From Oligoflexales bacterium (GTDB lineage Bacteria; Bdellovibrionota_B; Oligoflexia; Oligoflexales; Bog-1112), in the NCBI GenBank assembly GCA_045106415.1, contig JBGCEP010000010.1, positions 64,001 through 128,000 on the forward strand: a stretch of DNA of 64,000 nucleotides, read 5' to 3'. Below, piece after piece: positions 29,311 through 39,785 of the stretch; within the stretch, counting starts at the first letter, position 1, and each line of letters begins with the position of its first letter. The translations under genes were made by a program, and so were the position numbers. The notes under the pieces were generated by a model. It did no database searches and had not been told where the DNA came from. It saw only the letters and a list, made by a program, of their open reading frames with translations.

Positions 29311-30494
29311 CTGATGACCCATGCCCAGAACTGTTGCCATTCATACCAGAGTGTTGTCCCGAAAATAAGGGTGAGGATACTTAGTCCTATTTTGATCGGT
29401 AGAGGCATGTTTTTAGCTTTACGGTATAAAACAACAGTCATAAGAATTGGGATGAAGCCGTTGAGTATAGAGTCTCCAATTCCACCTGTTGTATCTAAGG
29501 CGATGACAAAGGCTCTTTTGTGGACTGTAGCGAAATAAAAGCATGGAAGAGAGATTCCAAGTCCAATAGAAATTCTTTGTCGAATTGTTGGTGTTTTGAT
29601 TTCAAAGTGATCTACGAGAAAATCAAATAAACCAAGACCAATACCGAGAAAGCTTGTAATGAGACCGAGGAAACCAAAAGTACTCGCAGTCCAATGAATC
29701 CATTGTAAGTTTTCGTTTTGTCCTAAAAATTCAGTAGCGACGGACCCGTTTTCCCAAGCTTGTCTAAGGATTTCAGGAGGCATTAGGCCAAGAACAAAGA
29801 TTTGCCAAATTACATAAATAACAAGTGCTATGGTTGTGCCTAAAACAACAGCTGTATTTAGAGATTTTCTATCGTAATTTAATAAAGGAGGTAAACTAGG
29901 AACCATGGTTTGAAAGCTAAAAGCTGTGAGTAAAAGAGGCATGGCCTCAGTGAGTCCACTCCATTGTGAGTACTCAAAGTGTTCGACTTGAATAGCACCT
30001 ATGCCTGAAAAAATAAGAGCAATCCAAGCCATAATCATAAGAATAAATAAAATATCGTTTAAACGTGTGAGTCGGTGTGCTCCACTTGAAATAAGAGGCC
30101 CGAAAAAAAGTAAGAATAGACCAGCTCCGATAAGGGAGTTTTCTTGGAGGGTGCTTGGAAGCAAGTTCTGTAATTGTGAACCCCCAGCAGCTGTGTAAGC
30201 GACAAGAGAGGCGTAGCCAATAAATAGATATAAGGCTCGAGCAATCCAAGCCCCCTTTGATCCTAGCCAATACTCGACAAGAGAAATCATATGGCCTTCT
30301 CGAACAGGCATTGCGAGGGTGGCTTGAATAAACAGAAGTGCTGTGGCTGTCATGGCGAGCCATGCTGTAACCATAACAAAAAGAGAGGGATAGAGCCCGA
30401 TATTCCAAGCAGCAAGAGGCATGGCTAACATACCTCCTCCCATGCATGTGCCGGCGATAAGAAAGGCAGCTGATATCGTAGAACCAATGTTCAT
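29307..30494 (-). CDS. Aromatic amino acid permease (TyrP/Mtr, HAAAP family)
   Basis: LIAGTCMGGGMLAMP, PLLLTAFSFQ..VPSL, TSFLGIGLGLFDFL. Confidence 0.9.
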   Translation of the reverse strand: MNIGSTISAAFLIAGTCMGGGMLAMPLAAWNIGLYPSLFVMVTAWLAMTATALLFIQATLAMPVREGHMISLVEYWLGSKGAWIARALYLFIGYASLVAYTAAGGSQLQNLLPSTLQENSLIGAGLFLLFFGPLISSGAHRLTRLNDILFILMIMAWIALIFSGIGAIQVEHFEYSQWSGLTEAMPLLLTAFSFQTMVPSLPPLLNYDRKSLNTAVVLGTTIALVIYVIWQIFVLGLMPPEILRQAWENGSVATEFLGQNENLQWIHWTASTFGFLGLITSFLGIGLGLFDFLVDHFEIKTPTIRQRISIGLGISLPCFYFATVHKRAFVIALDTTGGIGDSILNGFIPILMTVVLYRKAKNMPLPIKIGLSILTLIFGTTLWYEWQQFWAWVIS

Positions 30495-30647
30495 AAAGAC
30501 TCCGAGTTGGTGGGCTCAAAAAAGGTGACTGAGCATGTCAGAGGTTTTTAAAGAACCGCTGATGTTTGTTCTAGTTACCGCAACTCTCTAGCACAATCAA
30601 CCAAAGTCTGCTACAAACTGTTATCGGTGTGAAATGAGGTTGTCCGA

Positions 30648-31442
30648 TTGGTTGACTTTTTAGAACAAAAAATCTGGTTTTTTCTCCTGATTATGTCTTG
30701 TGTGGTTGTGGTTACAGCCGCTTGTCATAGGCAGAGTGCTCTTGATGATTTGAATGATGTTCAAATTTTTAAAAACTCTGTAGAACTGACGACAGATATG
30801 GGTCAATCGAGCCTTAGTGACGATGTTTGTTTTGAAGAGACAAGCTGGAGCTTCTGGGAAGAAACTCACCTCCAAGGACTTAGTCCGTTATTACAAGCTT
30901 TAGAAACGCAGACAAGAGATGATCTGATTCGTGAAGCCAGGCGCTATGGACGTAAAAATCGCGGTAAAGGCCGTTGCCTTCGAGGGTTTCGTCATGCTTT
31001 AAGTCGAGTGATGAAAGTGAGGCCTTTTTACTCTTTTCATCAGCTTCCTCAGGACTTAGGGAATCCACCTCTACGTTGGAAAGAAAGTCCAGGTAAATCA
31101 GCTGACTTGTTTTTAAAATGGGCAAAGAAAAATCCTGTAAGTTTGTGTCGAAACTTAGGATTGGCAGACGTAACAACTTTAGTTGATGGTCACTTGAGCC
31201 CAGGCCAAGTGGCATTGTATCAGCGGGGACGTTGTGGGTATCATCGTCTTCATGGTCATATTGAAGTGATGGTTTCAGAAAACGAAATGTGTTCTGATCA
31301 CTGCAGGACTGTGAAAAAAGGTCGAGTCTGTCACCCGGACATGGTTCTTGCGCCTGTTAAGGATTGTTCATGGCTTTTGTTAAAAGATTCCCTTGTTTCA
31401 AGTTATAATTCAGCGGGCTCTGCATCTCCACAGTTGATGTGA
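30648..31442 (+). CDS. Exported CHAP/NlpC-P60-like Cys-His amidase (putative)
   Basis: N-terminal hydrophobic/lipobox-like TAAC; GRCLRGFR.AL catalytic-Cys context; PGQVALY; HGHIEV catalytic-His context. Confidence 0.55.
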   Translation: MVDFLEQKIWFFLLIMSCVVVVTAACHRQSALDDLNDVQIFKNSVELTTDMGQSSLSDDVCFEETSWSFWEETHLQGLSPLLQALETQTRDDLIREARRYGRKNRGKGRCLRGFRHALSRVMKVRPFYSFHQLPQDLGNPPLRWKESPGKSADLFLKWAKKNPVSLCRNLGLADVTTLVDGHLSPGQVALYQRGRCGYHRLHGHIEVMVSENEMCSDHCRTVKKGRVCHPDMVLAPVKDCSWLLLKDSLVSSYNSAGSASPQLM

Positions 31443-31825
31443 GATGAAGGTAGCAAGCTAAAATTTGATTCTTTAAAGCCTCTTCTTATAAATAGATAAA
31501 GACAAAATGCCTTCCTTCAAGAATAGACTTCCTATGGACTGATCTATAAAAATATGGTGATGTTTATTGATGTGGGAGCAGTCTACATATAAAATTCAGA
31601 TGATGTAAGATGATACAGTATTTTCCATCTTTAGATTGAATTGAAGGTGGTTATGGATCTTGCGTAGTCTCGTTTTTATCATATTACTGTGCTTGATGTG
31701 TCATTTAAAAACGTGCTGAAATGGTTTCTGAAAGAAAGTGTTTGTTGTCTTGTTTTTGTATCTAAGATGAAAAGTGATTCACAGCTTGTATGAAACAGAC
31801 TGTTAACTGTGTTGAATAAAGGAAA

Positions 31826-32263
31826 ATGAGAATGAATTCATATGTGTCAGCCTTAACTGGAGGCTTTATAATTGGATTTTCTGCATCGCTGTTCCTTCTT
31901 TTTAAAGGTAGGGTTTTTGGTGTTTCAGGAATTATAGGAGGAATCGTAAGGCCTGTGTCAGAAGATGTGCTTTGGCGTGTCGTGATTTTATTAGGGCTGA
32001 TTTCAGGTGGTTTTCTAACTCTTGTTTTTTTCCCAGAGGCGTTTCCGAAAAAATATTCTGGGGGAATTTTAGAACTGATTGTTGCTGGTTTTCTTGTTGG
32101 ATTTGGCACTCAACTGGGAGAAGGCTGTACGAGCGGACACGGTGTTTGTGGGGTGAGCCGTTTGTCTGTGCGCTCTATGATAGCAACAACTACTTTTATC
32201 GTATTTGGTGTTCTGACTGTTTTTTTCTTTCATGGTGGAGGAGGGCGTGCGATATCTGACTGA
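31826..32263 (+). CDS. YeeE/YedE sulfur-compound transporter subunit
   Basis: [32 protein letters not shown]. Confidence 0.93.
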   Translation: MRMNSYVSALTGGFIIGFSASLFLLFKGRVFGVSGIIGGIVRPVSEDVLWRVVILLGLISGGFLTLVFFPEAFPKKYSGGILELIVAGFLVGFGTQLGEGCTSGHGVCGVSRLSVRSMIATTTFIVFGVLTVFFFHGGGGRAISD

Positions 32264-32678
32264 GTATTTAAGTGGGGTGTTGTTTGGTTTAGGATTAGGA
32301 GTGTCAGGCATGACGAACCCTGATTATGTTATTGGTTTTCTTGATTTTTTTGGTCTCTGGAAACCAGAGCTTATTTTTGTCATGGTTGGAGCTATCGCTT
32401 GTCATGGTTTTGCGTATTTTTTTATCACTAAACGTCAATCCCCACTTCTTTTTAATCATTTTATTTTATCAACAAAAAGAGCTGTTGATCTACGGCTCAT
32501 TGTCGGGTCAGCTCTTTTTGGTATTGGTTGGGGACTTGCGGGTTATTGCCCAGGTCCAGCAATTGTTTCTTTAGTGAGTTGTAGCTATCCAGCTTTTATT
32601 TTTATAAGCTCAATGATTGGTGGCATGATAGTGTTTCACTATGTATTTAAGCCTTTAGCACTAGGGGGTAAGCGATGA
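32247..32678 (+). CDS. YeeE/YedE family membrane protein (second subunit)
   Basis: GLGVSGMTNP..VIGFLD..G.W.P.L.FVM; FGIGWGLAGYCPGP. Confidence 0.92.
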   Translation: MRYLTEYLSGVLFGLGLGVSGMTNPDYVIGFLDFFGLWKPELIFVMVGAIACHGFAYFFITKRQSPLLFNHFILSTKRAVDLRLIVGSALFGIGWGLAGYCPGPAIVSLVSCSYPAFIFISSMIGGMIVFHYVFKPLALGGKR

Positions 32679-33532
32679 AGGTGAAACACCTGTTTGATAA
32701 AACGACATGCACCCTGACCTATATCGTTTTTGATGAAATCTCAAAAGATGCAGTGATTATTGACCCTGTACTTGACTATGACCCAGCAGATGGAGCTGTG
32801 ACAAAGGAGTCAATCACCAAACTTCTCAACGAAGTCAACGATCTAGGGCTCAGAGTTTGGATGATTTTGGAAACACATGTTCATGCTGATCATCTTTCCT
32901 CTTCTCAGCTTTTGAAAAAGAAATTTCCGGACGCTGTTCTTGCTATAGGAAAAAATATCTGCACTGTTCAAAATATGTTTAAATCTGTTTTTAATCTGGG
33001 AAATGATTTTAAAACCGATGGATCTCAATTTGATCGTCTCTTTAGTGACGGGGAAACCGTCACAGCAGGGTCACTCCAATTTCAAGTTCTATTTACTCCT
33101 GGGCATACCCCAGCGTGTGTAAGCTATTTATTTGATGGTGCTGTTTTCACAGGAGATGTTCTTTTCATGCCAGATTACGGCACTGGGCGATGTGATTTTC
33201 CTGCAGGGTGTGCGCAAAGCCTTTATAAGTCTATCTATGACATCCTGTATCAATTACCAGATGCTACAGATGTGTATGTTGGGCATGATTATATGCCAGG
33301 TGGGCGAGATCTTGCTTATAAGACTACGATAAGCGAAGAAAAAGAAAAAAATATTCACTTAAAAAAAACAACTTCAGAGAGTAGCTTTGTTGAAATGCGA
33401 CGAAATCGTGATAAAACGCTGCATGCACCAAAGCTTTTGTTTCCAAGTGTTCAAGTGAATATGAGCGCTGGATCTTTTCCTGATCCTGAAAAAAACGGCT
33501 CAGTGTACCTTGTGACGCCTGTTAAGTTTTGA
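32675..33532 (+). CDS. MBL-fold persulfide dioxygenase (ETHE1/Blh-like)
   Basis: IIDPVLD, ETHVHADH, TPGHTP, GD.LFMPDYGTGRCDFP, HDY. Confidence 0.92.
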   Translation: MKVKHLFDKTTCTLTYIVFDEISKDAVIIDPVLDYDPADGAVTKESITKLLNEVNDLGLRVWMILETHVHADHLSSSQLLKKKFPDAVLAIGKNICTVQNMFKSVFNLGNDFKTDGSQFDRLFSDGETVTAGSLQFQVLFTPGHTPACVSYLFDGAVFTGDVLFMPDYGTGRCDFPAGCAQSLYKSIYDILYQLPDATDVYVGHDYMPGGRDLAYKTTISEEKEKNIHLKKTTSESSFVEMRRNRDKTLHAPKLLFPSVQVNMSAGSFPDPEKNGSVYLVTPVKF

Positions 33533-33578
33533 CCCATAAAGAATAAGTAGTAAAAAGCTCATTCTTTATGGGTTTTTT
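33532..33578. terminator. Hairpin between convergent genes
   Basis: ACCCATAAAGAAT...ATTCTTTATGGGT perfect 13-bp inverted repeat with T-run. Confidence 0.75.
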
Positions 33579-35689
33579 TAATCAGCTTCAATATGAAATG
33601 AGTTGTTCTTAAAGTCGATGGAGTAATTTTCCCCGTGATCTTTAAGAATGATCTCAGCTAGTGGTGATTCTATTTGTTTTTGTAGATGTCTTTTTAAAGG
33701 CCTTGCTCCATAAATAGGGTCGTAGCTCTGTGCTGCAATTTCTTTTAGTGCTTTTGATGAAATATTAAGATTTATTTTTTGATTTTTAAGTCTTTTGGAT
33801 AATTTGTTGGTGAAAATTTCGGTAATTGCAAGCATGTCCTCTGGCTGCAGAGGTCGAAAAAAGATGACGTCATCTAAGCGGTTTAAAAACTCTGGTTTGA
33901 AGTAAGAGTTTAACTCTTGATAGACTTGTTTTTGAACCTCATGTGTGATGTTTTGACCGGAAGATTGTAGTAAAAAATCTGATCCAATATTGCTTGTCAT
34001 AATAATGATAGTGTTCTTAAAGTTAACAGTTCGTCCTTGGCTATCTGTAAGGTGTCCATCGTCAAGTACTTGCAGTAAGATGTTTAGAACGTCATGATGT
34101 GCTTTCTCAATCTCATCTAAAAGAATGACTGACCAGGGGTTGCGGCGAACAGTCTCAGTGAGTTGTCCGCCTTCTTCGTGGCCAATGTATCCTGGAGGGG
34201 ATCCAATAAGTCGAGAAACGCTATGTTTTTCCATGTATTCAGACATATCGATGCGGACGAGCTTTTTCTCGGAATCGCACAAATGGTAGGTTAGATTCTT
34301 GGCTAACTCTGTTTTTCCGACACCTGTTGGCCCTAAGAAAAGAAATGAGCCGATTGGCTTGTCAGGGTCTGTGATGCCAGCGCGTGATCTTAGAATTGCA
34401 TCGCTGACTTGTTGTATGGCGTGTTCTTGTCCTATGACACGATTTTGAAGTTGTTTTCGGAGTTGTAGAATTTTTTCTTTTTCGTTTTTATGTAGTTTTT
34501 GGACGGGAATTTGAGTCCAGCGGCTGACGATGTCTGCGATGACCTCAGCATTAACTTCTTCTTTTAAAAATCGTTTTTCATTTTTATCTTGACTTGCTTT
34601 GAGGAGCTCTTGTTCTAGGTTTGGGATCTCTCCGTGTCTTAAAATTGCAATTTTTTCTAAGTCATAGTTTCTTTCAGCAAGAGAAAGCTCTTTTTTCTTT
34701 TGGTCAATTTTTTTTCTGAGATCGTGGACTTTATGAACGACTTCTTTTTCTTTTTTCCATATTTTTTGCATACTCTCGATGTTCCGATGCAAGATTTGTA
34801 GATCAGAACGAATTGTGTGGAGTCTCTCATTTTTTGGTATATTGTTTTTACTTAAAGCTTTTTCTTCTGCTTGTAGGCGGAGCCGTTCTCTGATTGATTC
34901 ATCAAGTTCAGTAGGCATCGAATCGATCTGTAGACGAATTTGAGCACAAGCTTCATCTATGAGATCAATGGCCTTATCTGGTAAGAATCGATCTGTAATA
35001 TAACGCTCCGATAACTGTACGGCTGCGATAAGAGCTTCGTCAAAAATCTCCACGCCATGATATGCTTCAAAACGTTCTTTTAGGCCTCGAAGAATTGCAA
35101 TAGCGTCTAAAGTATTTGGCTCGTGGATCATGACCTTTTGAAACCGTCGTTCGAGAGCAGTGTCTTTTTCGATGAATTCACGGTACTCATTGAGTGTTGT
35201 TGCACCAATACAACGAATCTCTCCTCGTGCAAGTTTTGGTTTGAGCATATTGCCTGCATCGATGGAGCCTTCTGTTTTTCCTGCGCCGACAAGAGTATGG
35301 ATTTCATCGATGAAAACGATCACTTGTCCATTTGAGGATTCGATGTCTTTGAGGATACCTTGAAGGCGTTCTTCAAACTCACCTCGGTATTTTGCACCAG
35401 CTAAAAGTGATGAAAGCTCAATGCTGAAAATAGATTTGTTCTTAAGCCCTTCTGGGACATCGTTACGTATGATTCTTTCTGCTAGCCCTTCAATGATAGC
35501 AGTTTTCCCCACCCCTGGTTCACCAATGAGGACAGGGTTGTTTTTGGTTTTTCTAGATAGGATTTGCATCACGCGGCGGACTTCTTGGTGCCGGCCAATG
35601 ACTGGATCAAGTCTTCCTTCTGCGGCCTGAGCTGTTAAATTGGTGCCAAAGGCTTCCAAATGTTCAAAGTTTTGGTTTTGATGATTCAT
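33578..35689 (-). CDS. clpB: ClpB-type disaggregase lacking the N-terminal domain
   Basis: [33 protein letters not shown], coiled-coil middle domain, [21 protein letters not shown]; no IGF loop; GGAGG RBS before ATG 35689. Confidence 0.9.
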   Translation of the reverse strand: MNHQNQNFEHLEAFGTNLTAQAAEGRLDPVIGRHQEVRRVMQILSRKTKNNPVLIGEPGVGKTAIIEGLAERIIRNDVPEGLKNKSIFSIELSSLLAGAKYRGEFEERLQGILKDIESSNGQVIVFIDEIHTLVGAGKTEGSIDAGNMLKPKLARGEIRCIGATTLNEYREFIEKDTALERRFQKVMIHEPNTLDAIAILRGLKERFEAYHGVEIFDEALIAAVQLSERYITDRFLPDKAIDLIDEACAQIRLQIDSMPTELDESIRERLRLQAEEKALSKNNIPKNERLHTIRSDLQILHRNIESMQKIWKKEKEVVHKVHDLRKKIDQKKKELSLAERNYDLEKIAILRHGEIPNLEQELLKASQDKNEKRFLKEEVNAEVIADIVSRWTQIPVQKLHKNEKEKILQLRKQLQNRVIGQEHAIQQVSDAILRSRAGITDPDKPIGSFLFLGPTGVGKTELAKNLTYHLCDSEKKLVRIDMSEYMEKHSVSRLIGSPPGYIGHEEGGQLTETVRRNPWSVILLDEIEKAHHDVLNILLQVLDDGHLTDSQGRTVNFKNTIIIMTSNIGSDFLLQSSGQNITHEVQKQVYQELNSYFKPEFLNRLDDVIFFRPLQPEDMLAITEIFTNKLSKRLKNQKINLNISSKALKEIAAQSYDPIYGARPLKRHLQKQIESPLAEIILKDHGENYSIDFKNNSFHIEAD

Positions 35690-35728
35690 AAATGCCTCCA
35701 GGTAAGAAAGAAGATCTTTTCTACTGGG

Positions 35729-35778
35729 AACATAAGTTCAAAACGCACTTTGTCAAGGTTTTAAGTCTTTTATGACTT
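35729..35778 (-). promoter_or_regulatory. Putative sigma-70 promoter of clpB with upstream palindrome
   Basis: TTGACA-N16-TATGTT on the minus strand; AAGTC-N6-GACTT inverted repeat at 35763-35778. Confidence 0.5.
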
Positions 35779-36076
35779 TTTGTTTTGTCGAGCATGAGAG
35801 TTTTTAGGTTTTTATGATGTGTTTATAAAAATGAATAATAAAGTTTTTACTGTAAATATATTGAGTCATGATGTTTTTTCTTACAAAGAAGGATGTGAAC
35901 CAAGTTGATGATGTGAATGTATTGTTCATTTTAAAAAGTATGAAATAAGGTTGCACAAAAACAGAGTGTGAGTTGTTGTGCTGAGGTCTTGTTGAGAAGA
36001 ATTTTTCTCTTAGATTTTAAGCCTATGGCTAGAATATGATATAAGGGGTTACTGTGAAAAGAGAAAAGGTTGGGCG

Positions 36077-37237
36077 ATGGCTTTTGTTGAGGATTGTGCC
36101 AGAATTTATAAAGATGTTTATCAAACAGATCAGTGGATTGCTCTTCATGAACCATGGTTCGGAGGGCGGGAGAAAGAGTATGTCTTAGACTGTGTGCAAA
36201 CACGCTGGGTGTCTTCAGTAGGGGCCTATGTTGACCGTTTTCAGAAAGAGCTTGCGGAGTATACTGGGGCTCCATTTTGTATTCCTACAAGTTCAGGAAC
36301 AACAGCTCTGCACCTTTCTCTGTTGGGTCTTGAGGTTGGACACAATGACCTGGTGATCTGCCAAGATCTTACTTTTGTTGCAACTGCTGCTGCGATTTGT
36401 CACAGTGGAGCAGAGCCTCTTTTTTTAGACGTTGAGTCACAATCGATGTCTCTTTGTCCCAAAACCCTTGAGCGCTACTTAGAGACGCAAACGACTTTAG
36501 ATACCAAGGGTATCCGTAGAGACCTGGCAACTCAGAAAAGAGTTGCAGCATGCATGGTGATGCATACAGTGGGATTTGCAGCGCAGATCCAAGATATCAA
36601 AAATATTTGTGAAAACTACCAGGTTCTTCTTCTCGAAGATGCTGCAGAAGCTCTAGGATCAAGTGTTGATAATCGAATGTGTGGAACCTGGGGACAAGCT
36701 GGGATTTATAGTTTTAATGGAAATAAAGTCATGACGGCTGGTGGGGGAGGGGCTTTAGTTACACACGATGAAACGCTCGCTAAGAAATGTCACCATTTAG
36801 CTACAACTGCGAAAATTCCTCACCCGTGGAAATATGAGCATGATGACATCGGGTTTAATTATCGTATGCCAAATTTGAATGCAGCTTTAGCTGTGGCGCA
36901 ATTAGAAAATTTAGACGTTATTTTGCAGAAGAAAAAAGAACAAGGTCAAAAAATTTTATGTGAACTAGAAACTTGTGGGTATCCAGTCGTGTACCCTCCC
37001 AGTGGTGATTGGAACTTCTGGTTTCTTATGGTGCGCTGTCCTCAAGAAAAGCAAGAAGAATGGATTCAAAACCTTGCTCATATGAACGTTATGGCAAGGC
37101 CTCTGTGGCAGCCTGTTAGTTCTATGAAACCGTATGAAAAATATCCTAAGCCTTGGCAAACAACGCAAAGCCTTAGGTTGTCAAAAGAAATACTATGTTT
37201 GCCAAACGGTATCCCTACTCATGATTCATTGAAATAA
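36077..37237 (+). CDS. legC: LegC-family PLP aminotransferase (DegT/DnrJ)
   Basis: ALHEP.F.G.EK.YV.DC, WVSSVGAYVD, EDAAE.LGS, SFNGNK, TTAK.PH.W.Y.HD..GFNYRMPN. Confidence 0.88.
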   Translation: MAFVEDCARIYKDVYQTDQWIALHEPWFGGREKEYVLDCVQTRWVSSVGAYVDRFQKELAEYTGAPFCIPTSSGTTALHLSLLGLEVGHNDLVICQDLTFVATAAAICHSGAEPLFLDVESQSMSLCPKTLERYLETQTTLDTKGIRRDLATQKRVAACMVMHTVGFAAQIQDIKNICENYQVLLLEDAAEALGSSVDNRMCGTWGQAGIYSFNGNKVMTAGGGGALVTHDETLAKKCHHLATTAKIPHPWKYEHDDIGFNYRMPNLNAALAVAQLENLDVILQKKKEQGQKILCELETCGYPVVYPPSGDWNFWFLMVRCPQEKQEEWIQNLAHMNVMARPLWQPVSSMKPYEKYPKPWQTTQSLRLSKEILCLPNGIPTHDSLK

Positions 37238-37247
37238 GGAATAGGTC

Positions 37248-38249
37248 ATGGAACAGCAAAAAGTTGCAGTTACAGGAGCGTGTGGGTTTATAGGCTCGCA
37301 TTTAGTGGAACAGCTTGTTCAAGAAGGCTTCGCAGTGAAAGCACTTGTCTATTACAACTCACTAGGAACGAGAGGGTGGCTTGATACGTTAGACAAGTCT
37401 GTACTTGATTCCGTTGAAGTGGTAGCAGGTGATGTTCGCGATGCAGGCTGTATGGAAGCTTTTATCGATAAAGATATTGAAACTGTGTACCATCTTGCTT
37501 CGCTTATTGCGATTCCTTATTCTTACCAAGCACCACAGAGCTATATTGATACTAACGTTACAGGTACTTTGAATGTCATGAAAGCCGCACAAAGAGCTGG
37601 AGTGAAAAAAGTTCTACATACTTCAACGAGTGAAGTTTATGGAACAGCGCAGTTTGTTCCTATTACTGAAGAACACCCTTTACAGGGACAATCCCCATAT
37701 TCAGCTTCAAAAATTGGGGCTGATCAAATGGCTTGGTCGTACTTTTGTTCTTTTGAAACACCTGTGGCTATTGCGCGTCCTTTTAACACATATGGGCCGA
37801 GACAATCGATGCGAGCTGTTATTCCAACAATGATTATGCAAGCTTTTGATGAAAAAGAAGTTATGAGTTTAGGGGCCATGAACCCGACGCGAGACTTTAA
37901 TTTTGTAACTGACACCGCTCGTGGAATGATAGCTATTGCTCAAAGTGAGCAATGCACAGGAAAAGTTGTCAATATTGGCAGTAATTTTGAAGTCTCTATA
38001 CAAGAAACTTTGGAGCTTATTTTTGGTATCGCAGGTCGAGAAAAAGAAACAAAACAGGACTCCAATAGAATGAGACCCGATCGTTCTGAAGTTCAAAGGC
38101 TTTGGGCTGATAATTCTCGTATTAAAGAGCTCACAAACTGGACTCCTGAATATGGAGGCCAAGAAGGTTTTCGTAGAGGCTTAGAGAGAACAATGGAATG
38201 GTTTCATGCGCATCAACATCTCTATAGAGCTCATGAATATCACGTGTAA
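37248..38249 (+). CDS. legB: LegB-type NAD-dependent 4,6-dehydratase
   Basis: VTGACGFIGSHL, YNS...GWLD, LIAIPYSY.AP.SY, TSTSEVYG, QSPYSASK. Confidence 0.9.
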   Translation: MEQQKVAVTGACGFIGSHLVEQLVQEGFAVKALVYYNSLGTRGWLDTLDKSVLDSVEVVAGDVRDAGCMEAFIDKDIETVYHLASLIAIPYSYQAPQSYIDTNVTGTLNVMKAAQRAGVKKVLHTSTSEVYGTAQFVPITEEHPLQGQSPYSASKIGADQMAWSYFCSFETPVAIARPFNTYGPRQSMRAVIPTMIMQAFDEKEVMSLGAMNPTRDFNFVTDTARGMIAIAQSEQCTGKVVNIGSNFEVSIQETLELIFGIAGREKETKQDSNRMRPDRSEVQRLWADNSRIKELTNWTPEYGGQEGFRRGLERTMEWFHAHQHLYRAHEYHV

Positions 38250-38268
38250 GATTCAAGAGGAGAGACCT

Positions 38269-38970
38269 ATGAAGCGTTTATGTTCGATATGTGCTAGAGG
38301 GGGGTCACAAGGAGTTCAAGGTAAAAATCTCAGGCCTTTACTGGGAAAACCTTTGCTACTTCACTCTTTAGAGCAAGCTCATAAAAGTGGCCTGTTTTCT
38401 GCAATAGCTGTCAGTAGTGATGATGAAGGTATTTTGGAAGAAGCCCGTAAGTTTGGTGTTGATGTTATTGTGTCCCGCCCTGAGAGTATGGCTACTTCTA
38501 CGGCAGCGAAAGTTCCTGCCATTCAACATTGCGCAAAAACATCTGAACTGATTCTAGGTGTAGAGTTTGATACTTTTGTGGATCTGGATGCGACCTCGCC
38601 CTTGAGGCAAGTTGAAGATATTCAAGGTGCTGTACATTTATTAGAAGAACAAGGAGCTGATAACGTTTTAACTGGCAGTCCTGCGAGACGTTCTCCTTAT
38701 TTTAATCTTGTCGAACGGCAAAAAAATGGCTTAACACAACTGGTAAAGCCTGGGCATCAAGTGGTGCGGAGGCAAGATGCACCGGATTGCTTTGATTTAA
38801 ATGCATCGATTTACGTGTGGAAAAGATCGGCTTTGCTTTCGTCTGATATCTCAATTTTTCACGATAAGACGCTGCTATATGAAATGCCAGAAGAAAGGTC
38901 GTGGGACATTGATTCTGAGTTTGATTGGCGTATCGTATCGATGCTGGCTGCAGAAAGAGGGAGGCTTTGA
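38269..38970 (+). CDS. Acylneuraminate cytidylyltransferase (LegF/PtmB-like)
   Basis: ICARGGSQGV.GKN, DLDATSPLR, RRQDAP, DIDS..D; ATG 38269 after GAGGAG. Confidence 0.9.
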   Translation: MKRLCSICARGGSQGVQGKNLRPLLGKPLLLHSLEQAHKSGLFSAIAVSSDDEGILEEARKFGVDVIVSRPESMATSTAAKVPAIQHCAKTSELILGVEFDTFVDLDATSPLRQVEDIQGAVHLLEEQGADNVLTGSPARRSPYFNLVERQKNGLTQLVKPGHQVVRRQDAPDCFDLNASIYVWKRSALLSSDISIFHDKTLLYEMPEERSWDIDSEFDWRIVSMLAAERGRL

Positions 38971-39782
38971 TGAATGGTCTATTTCGGTTAGATGGAAAGC
39001 ATGTTGTGTTGACAGGAGGCTCTGGGATTCTTGGCCAACATTTTGCTAGAGGAGCCTTGCAGCAAGGAGCGATTCTGAGTCTTATTGACCAGAATGAAGA
39101 AGCGCTTCATCAGTTTGTCGAGCAGTTAAATCCACAAAGTCAGCAAAAGATTTATATGAAGCTGTGTGATGTAAGTCATTCTGATTCAGTAGAAGAAGCA
39201 GTCTTTGATATTGAAGAAAAAATGGGCCCTATTCATGTTCTTCATAATAACGCTGCCAGTAAGTCTAAGAATCCTAAAGATTTTTTTGAAAAAGATGAAG
39301 ATTTTTCTGTAGAACTTTGGGACCAAATTATGAGTGTCAATCTCACAGGTATGTTTCTTATGGCTCGTGCGGTGATGAGTCGTATGAGAGAAAACCGCGT
39401 CCGTGGAAGCGTGATTCAGACAGCTTCCATCTACGGACATGTTGCTCCTGATCAAAGGATCTATGAAGGTTCAGAATATATGGGGCTGCAAATTTCAAGC
39501 CCTGCTGTTTATTCTGCCTCAAAGGCTGGTGTCATAGGTCTCACAAAATATCTAGCAGCGCGTTGGGGTGAGCATGGTATTCGAGTGAATACATTGACAC
39601 CAGGTGGAGTCGAAAGTGGGCAGAACCAGAGATTTAAAGATCAATACTCTGCAAGAGTCCCTTTAGGGCGTATGGCGAAAGCTGAAGAAATGGTTGGCGC
39701 GATGGTGTTTTTAGCTTCAGATGCGTCAAGTTATGTGACTGGGCATAATCTTATGGTCGACGGTGGTTTGAGCTGTTGGTAG
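38970..39782 (+). CDS. SDR oxidoreductase (PtmA-like)
   Basis: TGGSGILG, NNA, SIYG..APDQRIY, YSASK, GGV...Q..F...Y. Confidence 0.85.
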   Translation: MNGLFRLDGKHVVLTGGSGILGQHFARGALQQGAILSLIDQNEEALHQFVEQLNPQSQQKIYMKLCDVSHSDSVEEAVFDIEEKMGPIHVLHNNAASKSKNPKDFFEKDEDFSVELWDQIMSVNLTGMFLMARAVMSRMRENRVRGSVIQTASIYGHVAPDQRIYEGSEYMGLQISSPAVYSASKAGVIGLTKYLAARWGEHGIRVNTLTPGGVESGQNQRFKDQYSARVPLGRMAKAEEMVGAMVFLASDASSYVTGHNLMVDGGLSCW

Positions 39783-39785
39783 CGA

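Noticed and set aside
35931..36275. 114-aa minus-strand ORF as the missing ClpB N-domain
   Set aside because: Overlaps legC antisense, has no Clp-N repeat features, and is separated from clpB by its promoter
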